64,000 bases of DNA, from positions 384,001 to 448,000 of the forward strand of contig CAWGHO010000001.1 in NCBI GenBank assembly GCA_963822445.1. The letters run 5' to 3'. The notes beneath the pieces were generated by a model. That model saw nothing but the letters and a program-made list of their open reading frames with translations, ran no database searches and had not been told where the DNA came from. The DNA comes from an uncultured Acidobacteriota bacterium. GTDB lineage: Bacteria; Acidobacteriota; Thermoanaerobaculia; Gp7-AA8. Shown here piece after piece: positions 30,257-39,316 of the stretch. The position numbers and the translations under genes are program-made. Numbering within the stretch: position 1 is the stretch's first letter; every line of letters begins with the position of its first letter.

Positions 30257-31146
30257 CAACGCCGTTCAACAACCCGGACCTGCACGTCGAGAGCTGGTAC
30301 GTGGCCATGCCGTCGCGCGAGCTCGCACGGGGGAAAGCGAAAACGCTCGACGTTCTGAACCGCAAGATCGTCTTCTTCCGCGGTGAAGACGGGACTGTCC
30401 GCGCGCTCGACGCACGCTGCCCGCACCTAGGCGCGGACCTCGGCATCGGCACCGTGGAGGGCAACCGCATCCGCTGCGCGTTTCACGGCTGGACGTTCGA
30501 TGGCGATGGGCATTGCGCGAATGCGCGCGCCGTCGCGTACCCGGTCGAGGAGCGCCACGGCGCGATCTGGTTCTTCAACGGCGCACGCGCCTCATTCGAG
30601 GTTCCGGCGTTCGCCTCGAACGACCGCGTGGTGATGCTGAAGCCGCAAGTCATCCACTGCCATCCGCATCTGATCGCCTGCAACGGCCTCGACCTCGATC
30701 ACTTCGCGACGTTGCACGAAATCGCCTTTCTCGACGAGCCTCGCTTCGAACAGCCCGATGCGTTTCGCACGCGGATGCGCATGCGGTTGCGTTTCACCGG
30801 CAACGGCCTGATCGACCGCATGCTCCGTTCGCTGGGCGGCAACGACGTCACGGTCGCGTTCACGACCTGGGGCGGGAACATCGCCACGATCGACGGCTCG
30901 CTCGGCCGCATCCCCATCCGCGTGCTCTTCTCCCACCGCCCCATCCTCGGCCGCAACAGTCTTTCGCGCACATTCGTGTTCGTGCCGACACGCTTCATGT
31001 TGCCGGTGGTGCTGATGGTTCTCGCGCGAATCGTCGTCGGCGACCGTGAGCTGCTCGACCGCCTCGATTTCCGCGAGAACCTCACCAGCCGGGACTGGGC
31101 ATTGGCCGCGTTCATCGAGCAGGTGAACGCGATGCCTGTGCACTGA
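30253..31146 (+). CDS. Second Rieske non-heme iron oxygenase
   Basis: ATGA overlap; CPHLG...CAFHGW; NGLDLDHFATLH. Confidence 0.85.
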   Translation: MTTPFNNPDLHVESWYVAMPSRELARGKAKTLDVLNRKIVFFRGEDGTVRALDARCPHLGADLGIGTVEGNRIRCAFHGWTFDGDGHCANARAVAYPVEERHGAIWFFNGARASFEVPAFASNDRVVMLKPQVIHCHPHLIACNGLDLDHFATLHEIAFLDEPRFEQPDAFRTRMRMRLRFTGNGLIDRMLRSLGGNDVTVAFTTWGGNIATIDGSLGRIPIRVLFSHRPILGRNSLSRTFVFVPTRFMLPVVLMVLARIVVGDRELLDRLDFRENLTSRDWALAAFIEQVNAMPVH

Positions 31147-32211
31147 CTACTCGGCGCGGCTCGATCCCGGCTCGTACACCCATTCGGTCTGCGTCTTGGC
31201 CCCTTCGGCGAAGCGCGGATCGATGTACTCCTCGAAGGCGATGTCGCGTTCGAGCACGCCCGTTTCGCGCATCAGCTTCACGATCAGCTCGAAGTCTTCG
31301 CGCAACGGTGTTAGCGGCTGGTACTGAACGCGATCGAGCGGGTTCGTGAGCGCCCACTTCAGCAATCGCGGGTCCTGGCGGAAGTAGAAGCGTCCGACGA
31401 AATCGGCGGCATGCTCGCGGCGTGCTCGTTTCTTTGGCGGGTTGTCGAGCCAGAGGCCGGATCGGGCGATGCCGTCGACGAGGACCTGCACGGCTTCCTG
31501 TTTCTTCTCGATCACGTCCTCGCGCACGACCAGGACGCAGGAGATGTAGTCCGGCCAGTACTCGCGCGCGTGGAAGAGGACGCGGCCGAAGCCGGCCATC
31601 TCCGCCTGGGACGGGTAAGGCTCGCCCATCGAGAAGGCGTCGATCGCTTTCGCCGCGAGCGCGCCGGCAACGTCGGGCGGCGCCATCTCGACCATGCGCA
31701 GATCGCCGGCGCTCATCCCGTTCGCGGCCAGCGCACGGAAGAGGATCAACCGCTCGTCGGAGTAGCGGCTGGGAATGGCCACAGTCTTCCCCTTCAGATC
31801 GGCGAAGGTCTTCACCGATCCGTTCTTGTGCACCACCACGGCGCTGCCGTAGCGATGTCCGAGGTAGACGATCCTGATCGGAACGCCCTGAGCACGCAGG
31901 GCGATTGCCATCGGCGCGACCATGAACGCCGCCTGCATCTGATTCGAGATCAGCGCTTCCTTGATCTCAGGGAAGCCCTGAAACATCCGCGGGATGAACA
32001 GATGACCCGACTTCGAGTAGGCGGAGATGTAGTCGGTGACCGGGCACGCCAGGTGTCACGTCACCGGGATGTACGCGACGTTGAGCTTCCGCTCGCTCTC
32101 CGGCAGCCGGTCATTGAGCAGCACCGTCCAGTCGACGTTCGCGGTCATATGCGCCGCGGTGATGAGAACTACCCAGGCCGCGATCATGTAAGCGATTTTG
32201 CGCGATGTCAT
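31147..32211 (-). CDS. NrtA/SsuA-like ABC substrate-binding protein with in-frame TGA at codon 52 (candidate selenoprotein)
   Basis: GGAGGT SD and ATG at 32211 are in frame with the 31986 ORF (75 codons upstream). The only interruption is TGA at 32058-32056 in AYIPVT*HLACPVTD. Includes an N-terminal hydrophobic anchor and LKGKTVAIP, GEPYPS motifs. Confidence 0.85.
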
Positions 32212-32231
32212 TTGTTCACCTCCCTTCGGTC

Positions 32232-32309
32232 GAGTTACGGGGTTTCGAGGTTACGGGGTTACGGGGTTTCTCCTCCTCGTAACCTCGTAACCCCGCAACC
32301 TCGAAACCT
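32232..32309. repeat. Inverted octamer tandem arrays (consensus RGGTTACG ... CGTAACCY)
   Basis: About five G-rich units then four complementary units, between the permease stop and the SBP ribosome-binding site. Confidence 0.9.
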
Positions 32310-33033
32310 AATCATTGAACGCCCACCTCACCCTCCTCGCCTTCTCCATCCTCTGAATGGCCATGTCCAGTGCGAGGCCGATCACTCCGATCAGGAGCAT
32401 TCCTCCGACGACCAGGTCATAGCGCTTGCCCGCGTTGCGGGCGTCGATGATGAGGTAGCCGAGGCCGGAGTCGACGGCGATCATTTCGGCGGCGACGAGA
32501 ACCAGCCAGGCCACGCCGAAGGCGATGCGCAGGCCGACCACGATGCGCGGGAGGATGGCCGGGAAAATGACCCGGACGATCAGCGCGCCCGTCGAGAGGC
32601 CGAAGTTGCGGCCGGCCTGCACGTACATCGGCGGCACGTTGCGCACGCCGTTCATCGTCGCCACCACGATCGGGAAGAACGACGCCAGGAAGATCAGAAA
32701 AATCGGCGCGAGATTGCTGACGCCGAACCAGATCACCGCGAGCGGCATCCAAGCCAGCGGCGAGATCGGCCGGAGCATCTGGATGACCGGATTCGCCGCG
32801 CGCGAAAGGGCACTCCACCACCCCAGGGCCAGGCCGGTCGGCACGCCGAGGATCACCGCGGCGAGGTAACCGCTCCCGACGCGGAAGAGCGAGTCGGCGA
32901 TGTACGCGGCGAGATGCGGCAGCTCGCGGAGGCCTTTGAGCACGTCCAGCGGCGACGGAAAGATCGTCGTGCCGGTCAGAAGAACGGCCGTCTGCCAGAT
33001 GGCGATCACGATCAATGGCACGAGCACTCTCAT
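32308..33033 (-). CDS. ABC transporter permease (SsuC/NrtB-like)
   Basis: LRPISPLAW, AGRNFG EAA loop, VAAEMIAVDSGLGYLI. Confidence 0.92.
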   Translation of the reverse strand: MRVLVPLIVIAIWQTAVLLTGTTIFPSPLDVLKGLRELPHLAAYIADSLFRVGSGYLAAVILGVPTGLALGWWSALSRAANPVIQMLRPISPLAWMPLAVIWFGVSNLAPIFLIFLASFFPIVVATMNGVRNVPPMYVQAGRNFGLSTGALIVRVIFPAILPRIVVGLRIAFGVAWLVLVAAEMIAVDSGLGYLIIDARNAGKRYDLVVGGMLLIGVIGLALDMAIQRMEKARRVRWAFND

Positions 33034-33794
33034 ACCTGGTGGGCCAGTCCGATCTCGCCGAAGATCTCATCGCGGCAGGCGATGTAGCGCGGGTCGCTGA
33101 GATCGCGGGGATGCTCGATGCCCACGTCCACGATCCGCTGCACGCGGCCGGGGCGGGCGCTGAGCACGACCACGCGATCGGCGAGCTGCACCGACTCCTC
33201 GATGTCGTGCGTCACGAACAGAATCGTCTTGCGCTCGGCCTCCCAGATCCGCAGCAGTTCGCGGCGCATCTGCAACCGCGTGATCGAATCGAGCGCGCCG
33301 AACGGCTCGTCGAGATAGAGCACGTCGGGATTCACAGCCAGCGCGCGGGCCACTTCCAGCCGCTGCTTCATGCCGCCGGACAGCTCGCGCGGATACGACT
33401 TCTCGAATCCGCGCAGGCCGACCATGGCCACGTAATGCGCGACCCGCTCGCGCTGCTCCTTCTCATCGAGGCGGAAGAGACCGAAGGAGATGTTCTGCTC
33501 GACGGTGAGCCACGGAAAGACGCCGCGCTCCTGGAAGACGAAGATGCGGCGCGGATCCGGCTCGGTGACCCGCTCGCCGTCGATCGTCACCTCTCCCTCC
33601 GTCGGCGTGATGAAGCCGCCCACGATGTTCAGCAGCGTCGATTTGCCGCAACCCGACGGGCCGAGGATGCAGACGAATTCGCCTTCGTGGACGTCGAGGG
33701 TGATGTCGTCGAGGACGCGCATGCCCGCAAGGGCATCATGGCCAACGGCCCCGAAGTTCATCCCCACGTTGCGGAAACGGACCTTGGTCGTCAC
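33030..33794 (-). CDS. ABC transporter ATP-binding protein (SsuB/TauB-like)
   Basis: GPSGCGKST, LSGGMKQR, DEPFGALD, VTHD; GTG start overlapping the upstream permease stop. Confidence 0.92.
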   Translation of the reverse strand: MTTKVRFRNVGMNFGAVGHDALAGMRVLDDITLDVHEGEFVCILGPSGCGKSTLLNIVGGFITPTEGEVTIDGERVTEPDPRRIFVFQERGVFPWLTVEQNISFGLFRLDEKEQRERVAHYVAMVGLRGFEKSYPRELSGGMKQRLEVARALAVNPDVLYLDEPFGALDSITRLQMRRELLRIWEAERKTILFVTHDIEESVQLADRVVVLSARPGRVQRIVDVGIEHPRDLSDPRYIACRDEIFGEIGLAHQV

Positions 33795-34547
33795 TCGGCC
33801 GCGTACCCCCAGCGCACACCCGGCAATCGCTCGAAGCGGCGCATGATCAGATCGAGGACCACTCCGATCAGGCCGATGAGGATCATTCCGGCCACGACCA
33901 TGTCGTAGCGATTGCCGGCATTGCGCGCGTCGATGATCAGAAATCCGAGTCCCGAGCTCACGGCGATCATCTCCGCGGCCACGACCACCAGCCAGGCGAT
34001 GCCGAGGGTGATGCGCATGCCGACGAGGAGCTGAGGGAGGATGGCCGGGAGCACGACGTTGCGGACCAGCTCGCGGTGCGTGAGACCGAAGTTGCGGCCG
34101 GCGGCGAGATGGATGCCCTCGATGTTGTGCACCGCGTGAATGGTGGTCAGGGTCAGCGGAAGCGCCGAGGCGAGGAAGATCAGGAAGATCGCGGCGGTGT
34201 CGCCGACGCCGAACCAGAGGATGGCGATGGGGATCCAGGCCAGCGGCGAGATCGGCCGCAGGAGCTGCAACATGCGGGTTGATCGCCATCTCGCCGCGGC
34301 GCCAGAGGCCGAGGAGAACGCCGGCCGGAACGGCGATGAGGAGCGCGGCGAGATATCCCCAGGTCACGCGATAAAGCGAGGCCACCACGTAGCGGAAGAG
34401 CAGGCCGCGCTCGGCGAGCTCGACGATCGCGCGCGCCGCTTGCGCGGGCGTGGGAACCAGCGTCCCCGCCGACCAGGCCACCGCGAAATGCCAGGCGGCC
34501 ACGACCAGAGCGAGACCCGAGAACGGAAGGAGATACCGCGAAAACAT
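33791..34547 (-). CDS. Second ABC permease; one +1 frameshift near 34274
   Basis: MFSRYLLPF...GEMAINP joins MLQLLRPISPLAW...VAAEMIAVSSGLG after removing one base. Confidence 0.85.
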
Positions 34548-34588
34548 GGACTGATTTCGAACGGCGGGGAGGGTAACACGTCCGCTTT

Positions 34589-34604
34589 CGTGACCAGCGT
34601 CACA
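34589..34604. promoter_or_regulatory. CRP/FNR-family-like palindrome
   Basis: CGTGA-N6-TCACA between the divergent ABC operon and the diguanylate cyclase. Confidence 0.4.
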
Positions 34605-34618
34605 TAGCGTCAATGACA

Positions 34619-34634
34619 CGGCACCTGCTTTGCT
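34619..34634 (+). promoter_or_regulatory. sigma54-like -24/-12 promoter
   Basis: CGGCAC-CTGCT-TTGCT, ending 13 nt before ATG 34648. Confidence 0.5.
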
Positions 34635-34647
34635 CCCGTGCCCGCCG

Positions 34648-35617
34648 ATGGCGACGCGTGACGAGATGCCCTCGAGACGAAAAAACGATTACGAGCCCGA
34701 GTCCCTCCCCCTTCGCGTTCTTGCGGTCGACGACGACGGTTCCTATCTGCGCCGTCTGAAACTCGTCCTGACGCGCGCCGGTTTCGATGTGACCACGGCC
34801 GATGACGGCGCCACGGCCATCGAGCGCATTCGCGCCGATCGCGACATCGCCGTGCTGGTCAGCGATCTGTCCATGCCGGGCATGGACGGCATCGAGACCG
34901 TTCGCCGCGCCCGCGAAGCGTCGGCGTTTCCCGGGCTGTACACGATCCTGCTCACGGCGACGGATGGCGTCGAGGTGAAGCTTCGCGCGCTCGACAGCGG
35001 CCTCGATGATTTTCTGACCAAGAGCTCCTCGGACTCGGAGATCGTGGCCAAGCTGCGCAGCGCCGCACGGCGTTTGACGATGGAGCGGCGGCTGCAGGTC
35101 GAGAACGAAGAGCTGCAGACGCTGGCCCTCACCGACGAGCTGACCGGCGTCGCCAATCGGCGCGCCCTCTTTCGCGAGGCCGACGCCGATTCTCGGAGCG
35201 GGACGCGGCTTGAGCGTGGTGCTCTTCGACCTCGATCGCTTCAAGCACGTCAACGACACGTACGGTCACCTGATGGGCGACCGCATCCTCGCCGACGTCG
35301 CCGCCGCGCTGAAGCTCGACACGCGCGTCGGAGACGTGATCGCGCGCTACGGCGGCGACGAGTTCGTGCTCTTGCTGCCCGATACGCGCGGCGACGAAGC
35401 ACGGGCCATCACCGGGCGCATCGTGCGGCGGATTTCCGATCTGCGCTGGGTGATGGGGGACTACGTCGTGACGTCGAGCGTGAGCACGGGCGTGGCCACG
35501 TCGGGATCGGCGAGCACGATCGCCACGCTGCTCGCGGAGTGCGACGCGCGGCTGTACGAGGCGAAGAACGCGATGGATGAGGAAGAGGACGAGCGGGATC
35601 TTCAGTTGCCGATCTGA
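34648..35617 (+). CDS. Response-regulator diguanylate cyclase (REC-GGDEF); +1 frameshift near 35188
   Basis: VLAVDDD, SDLSMPGMDG, TDELTGVANRR, then DLDRFKHVNDTYGH and RYGGDEF in the next frame. Confidence 0.88.
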
Positions 35618-36413
35618 TCGTCGTAGAGATACTTTTCTCTGACCTCGGCTGACCACTCGGAATTCGGGTCGATGGCCAGGTAGTCCTTCCAGGCTTGGTC
35701 TGTATATAGGATCGTGGCGCGCGTCCAGGCGATGTTCGGCGATTTTTTCAACTGCCAGGCGCGCTCGATCGTCTCCTTGGCCCGCGGGTCCTGAGTCTCG
35801 TAATACGCCGCGGCGAGGTCGTTCAGAACGTCCGGATTAGTGGGCGTCTGGGCGACGGCCTTTTCGAGGAACTCGACAGCGACTTTCTTGAAGTCAGCGT
35901 TATCCACCAGCAGGCAGGCTACCCCCGCGGCGTGGAGATTGGCAGCAGTCTCGCGCTTTTCGGCAATGTCAGCGAGTCGCACCGCCTCGGTCATCATGCT
36001 CGACTCAGCCTGCTGCTCGTCTTTGCCTCCTCGAGGATTGCTGCGGTCCTTGTAGGCGATCTCAATGCTTGGTCGTGCGGCGATTGAACGCTCCCTCAGA
36101 TTCGCGCTGGCCGCGGTGATCTTCCGGAGGGATCGCTCCGCCAGAATCCGTCGGCCGGTCCAAGGAACACGGCGGCCGCAATCGCCGCTGCCGCGGCCAG
36201 CGTCGCCGCCGGAATCAGCCAGGAACGCCAGATCGGAACGACCTTCCCCTCGTGGTCTGCCTCCTCGGCAATCTCGTGTGCTGTCTGGAACACGTCGCGG
36301 CACTCGCTGCAGGTCGACACGTGCTCGAGCACTTGCTGTCGCGCGTCGCCTGTCAAATGGCCATCAATGAAAGCGGCCAGGGTTTCGTCGGCAGGGCAGT
36401 TCGGCATCATCAC
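35602..36413 (-). CDS. zf-HC2 anti-sigma factor with TM and TPR-like C-terminus; frameshifted near 36150
   Basis: HVSTCSEC zinc motif, TM segment, then VLNDLAAAY...PNSEWSAE in another frame. Confidence 0.7.
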
Positions 36414-37296
36414 GGGAGCGGTCTCCTCAAGCCTCTCTTACCCCGTCTGTCACCGTTCCCACCTGAACCCTGAGAGGGACGAAAAGGGGCGATTTCCTTG
36501 GTCCTTCCAAGAAGATTGAGATTTATCTCCTGATCTCCTCTGCTGAGCAGGGCGGCGACTTCGTCTTTCGCCTACACCGGCGCGCTCCAGGGCGGGGCGC
36601 ATCACCCCGCAAAGCTTGTCCAGCCGCTTGTACAGCTTCTTCTGCTCGACGTGCAGACGGCGGGCGATGTCCGGCACTTTCAGGCCGTCCCAGAAGCGCA
36701 TATGCAGTAACAAGCGGTCCTCGGCGTCCATCTTCTCGAGCAAACCATCGAGCGTGCTCGCCGCCTTCCGAGCGGACCGCTCCCGGTCCGCCCTCTCCAC
36801 CCGATCATCGGCCTCGGCGTCGACCGACGCCGCATCCGACGAGATCTCGCCGGAGACCTCAATCGGCCGCGGCGCGCGATGCGGCAGGCGGATGTAGATC
36901 GCTTCGAGCTCGGCCGGCGTGTACTGAAGCCGCCCGGGGTGGTGAGCTCCTTCACCGCCTCATCGAAGGTGTAGCCGTCGCGGGTCATCAGCCGTTCGAG
37001 GGCGATGGCCTTTTCACCGAGGCGTTTCGCCTCCGCCGACGGTCGCCACTTGCCCCATAGCTCGACGCGGTACTGGTAGAAAAGACGCTTGATGACCGTG
37101 GTCAGGTAAGTCGTGAGCTTGCTTTCTCCCTGGAACTTGCGGATGACCGCGTAATCGTCATCGAACAACCGGACGCACACTACCTGGATGAATTCCTCCG
37201 CTTCGGATGCGTTGAGATGGTTCCTCCGCGCCACGAACGCAGCGATGCGCTTGATCCTGTCGAGGTTCTCTAGGTAAAGCCTTCCGGAGTACTCAT
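36410..37296 (-). pseudogene. ECF-type sigma-70 factor, broken by at least two frameshifts (artefact or decay); 3' end approximate
   Basis: LYLENLDRIKRIAAFVARR, KFQGESKLTTYL region 2, EDRLLLHMRFWDGLKVPDIARRL region 4 spread over three frames. Confidence 0.7.
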
Positions 37297-37369
37297 GATC
37301 CTGTTCTGACGCTTATCGGGGACGGAATGCAGTCTAGCAGGCAGCACGGGCCTTGCAGCGGCCGCAGCG

Positions 37370-37669
37370 ATGCAGAGAACGATCGAGCGCACCGACTGGC
37401 CGGTTTTCTTCGAGACTTTCACGATGCAGCACGACCATTGGCTGGTCAGCGTCGATGGAGAGCGGGAGTCCATGCCCCTGGAAGGGATCATCGCCCGCGA
37501 CGACGGCCGGGTAACCATCACCCTCGGCGGCGACATCAGCCATCACCGCCGGATCGTCATCGACGCGGCGGCGGTGCGGGTCGACGAGAACGATGTCGAG
37601 ATCGAATCGACGGACAAGCACGTGACCCGATTGGCGTTGCGCGCGGCGCTTGACAACAATCAACTTTAG
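37370..37669 (+). CDS. Small hypothetical protein (DUF5335-like)
   Basis: IERTDWPVFFETFTMQHDHWLVSV...MPLEGI pattern. Confidence 0.6.
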   Translation: MQRTIERTDWPVFFETFTMQHDHWLVSVDGERESMPLEGIIARDDGRVTITLGGDISHHRRIVIDAAAVRVDENDVEIESTDKHVTRLALRAALDNNQL

Positions 37670-37680
37670 ACTTAGTCTAA
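37650..37680 (+). promoter_or_regulatory. sigma70 promoter with overlapping 7-1-7 operator (ICE/Per-box-like)
   Basis: TTGACA (37650)-17 nt-TAGTCT (37673); perfect palindrome TTAGACT-T-AGTCTAA at 37666-37680; GTG 7 nt after the -10. Confidence 0.75.
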
Positions 37681-37685
37681 CTCTC

Positions 37686-38094
37686 GTGAACCCGCAGGAG
37701 CTCCTCGAAAAAGCCGGCATTCAGGCCTCCGCACAGCGCGTGGCCGTTGCCGACTACGTCCTGCAGACGCACGAGCATCCATCGGCCGACCTGGTCTGGA
37801 AGCGGGTGCGCGAGAAGTTTCCCTGGATCTCCCGGGCCACGGTCTACAACACCCTCAACCTCTTCGTCGAAAAGCGGCTGCTGCAGCGGCTGAACATCGC
37901 CGAGGATTCGGTGGTGTTCGATCCCATCGTCGAGACGCACCATCACTTCATCGACGAGAACGACCGGCACCATTCACGACGTGCCCTGGGACAAGGTCCA
38001 GGTCTGCAACATCGAGTCGCTCCGCGACTTCGACGTCCACGACTACCAGGTGGTCATGCGCGGCAACGTGAAGTCCCCGCGCCGCAAGCGCTAA
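37686..38094 (+). CDS. Fur family regulator (Irr/PerR-like); +1 frameshift near 37962
   Basis: HPSAD, ISRATVYNTL, HHHFID; no CxxC; upstream of ahpCD. Confidence 0.85.
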
Positions 38095-38112
38095 AAAATT
38101 TTGCCAACTGAC

Positions 38113-38127
38113 TTAGATCACGTCCAA
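38113..38127. promoter_or_regulatory. Second degenerate operator upstream of ahpC
   Basis: TTAGATCACGTCCAA resembles TTAGACTTAGTCTAA. Confidence 0.45.
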
Positions 38128-38163
38128 AACTGGACGATGTAAACAAAAGGAGAATCGCAAACG

Positions 38164-38701
38164 ATGTTGACCGTTGGTGACAAGTTTCCCGAATTCAAGC
38201 TGAACGCAAACGTGAGTCGTGAGAAGGGCAAGGAGTTCAAGGAAGTCTCGAGCAGGGACTTCGCCGGAAAGTGGCTGGTCTTCTACGCCTACCCGAAAGA
38301 CTTCACCTTCATCTGCCCGACCGAGATCGTCGAGTTCGGCAAGCACACCAAAGACTTCGCCGACCGCGACGCCGTGGTCCTAGGCGGCTCGACCGACAAC
38401 GAGTTCTCGCACCTGGCGTGGCGCAATGCCCATCCCGACCTGGCCGACCTTCCCACCCCGCTCGTGCACATCAAGCCGGAGCTCGCGTCGCAGCTCGGCA
38501 TCATGCACAAGGAAGATGGCGTGGCCCTGCGCGTGACGTTCGTCGTCGACTCCGAACGGCATCATCCGCTCGGTCGCCGCGTACGACCTGTCCGTCGGTC
38601 GCAACGTCGGCGAGACGCTGCGCACGCTGGACGCGCTTCAGACCGACGAGCTCTGCCCCTGCAACTGGCAGAAGGGCGAAGACACGATCAAGGTGGCGTA
38701 A
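38164..38701 (+). CDS. ahpC: Peroxiredoxin AhpC; +1 frameshift near 38557
   Basis: YPKDFTFICPTE; after the shift GIIRSV...VGRNV...DELCPCNW. Confidence 0.92.
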
Positions 38702-39235
38702 ATGAGTGCACTGGAAGCGTTGCGCGACACGATTTCCGAACCGGCCCGGGACATCAAGCTGAACCTGCAGAGCGTGCTGCAGCCGGGCTCACTCACTGCC
38801 GCGCAGCGCTGGGGAGTGGCGATCGCTTCGGCGGTCGCCGCTCGCAACACCTCGCTGCGCGACGCGCTCATCAGCGACGCGCGGGCCGAGGTGGGGCCGG
38901 AGGTCATCGATGACGCCCTGGCCGCCGCGTCGCTGATGGCCATGAACAACGTGTACTACCGCTTCCGCCATCTCGTCGGGAAGCCGTCGTACTCGCAGAT
39001 GCCGGCGCGGCTGCGCATGCAGCGCATCGCCAAGCCGGCTACGAACAAAGCGGACTTCGAGCTGTTCTGCCTGGCGGTGAGTGCCATCAACGCCTGCGAG
39101 ATGTGCATCCGCTCGCATGAGGACGTGGTGATCAAAGCCGCGCTGACCGAGGAGCAGGTGCATGATGCGGTGAGGATCGCGGCGGTGGTGAATGCCGCCG
39201 CGGTGGCGTTGGAGTCTAGGAGTGCGGCGGCATAG
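38702..39235 (+). CDS. ahpD: Alkyl hydroperoxide reductase AhpD
   Basis: DIKLNL, MAMNNVYYRF, SAINACEMCIRSH CxxC. Confidence 0.92.
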   Translation: MSALEALRDTISEPARDIKLNLQSVLQPGSLTAAQRWGVAIASAVAARNTSLRDALISDARAEVGPEVIDDALAAASLMAMNNVYYRFRHLVGKPSYSQMPARLRMQRIAKPATNKADFELFCLAVSAINACEMCIRSHEDVVIKAALTEEQVHDAVRIAAVVNAAAVALESRSAAA

Positions 39236-39284
39236 CCGCCGCTTTGCGATACCAAAGCGGTGGCTAAACGCCACCGCACTCCTA
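39217..39284. repeat. REPIN-like nested inverted repeat overlapping the ahpD stop
   Basis: TAGGAGTGCGGCGGC..GCCGCCGCTTTG..CAAAGCGGTGGC..GCCACCGCACTCCTA. Confidence 0.75.
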
Positions 39285-39316
39285 AACGTGGCGTACCTAC
39301 TGCACCCGTCCGCACC

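Noticed and set aside
27413-30259. Long antisense ORFs (948 aa here; also 1414-3267, 3450-5378, 31411-33087, 38789-40636)
   Set aside because: Shadow frames of high-GC coding genes, with no recognisable motifs.
18869-31146. Calling the cluster an enediyne or RiPP locus
   Set aside because: No PksE, thioesterase or UnbL, and no convincing short precursor ORF within or beside the cluster.
31147-34547. ABC importer as part of the biosynthetic cluster
   Set aside because: Convergent orientation with its own upstream region; only adjacency links them.
33030-34619. Apparent 529-aa permease-ATPase fusion in the ORF track
   Set aside because: Created by the +1 error near 34274; the permease and ATPase are separate, coupled genes.
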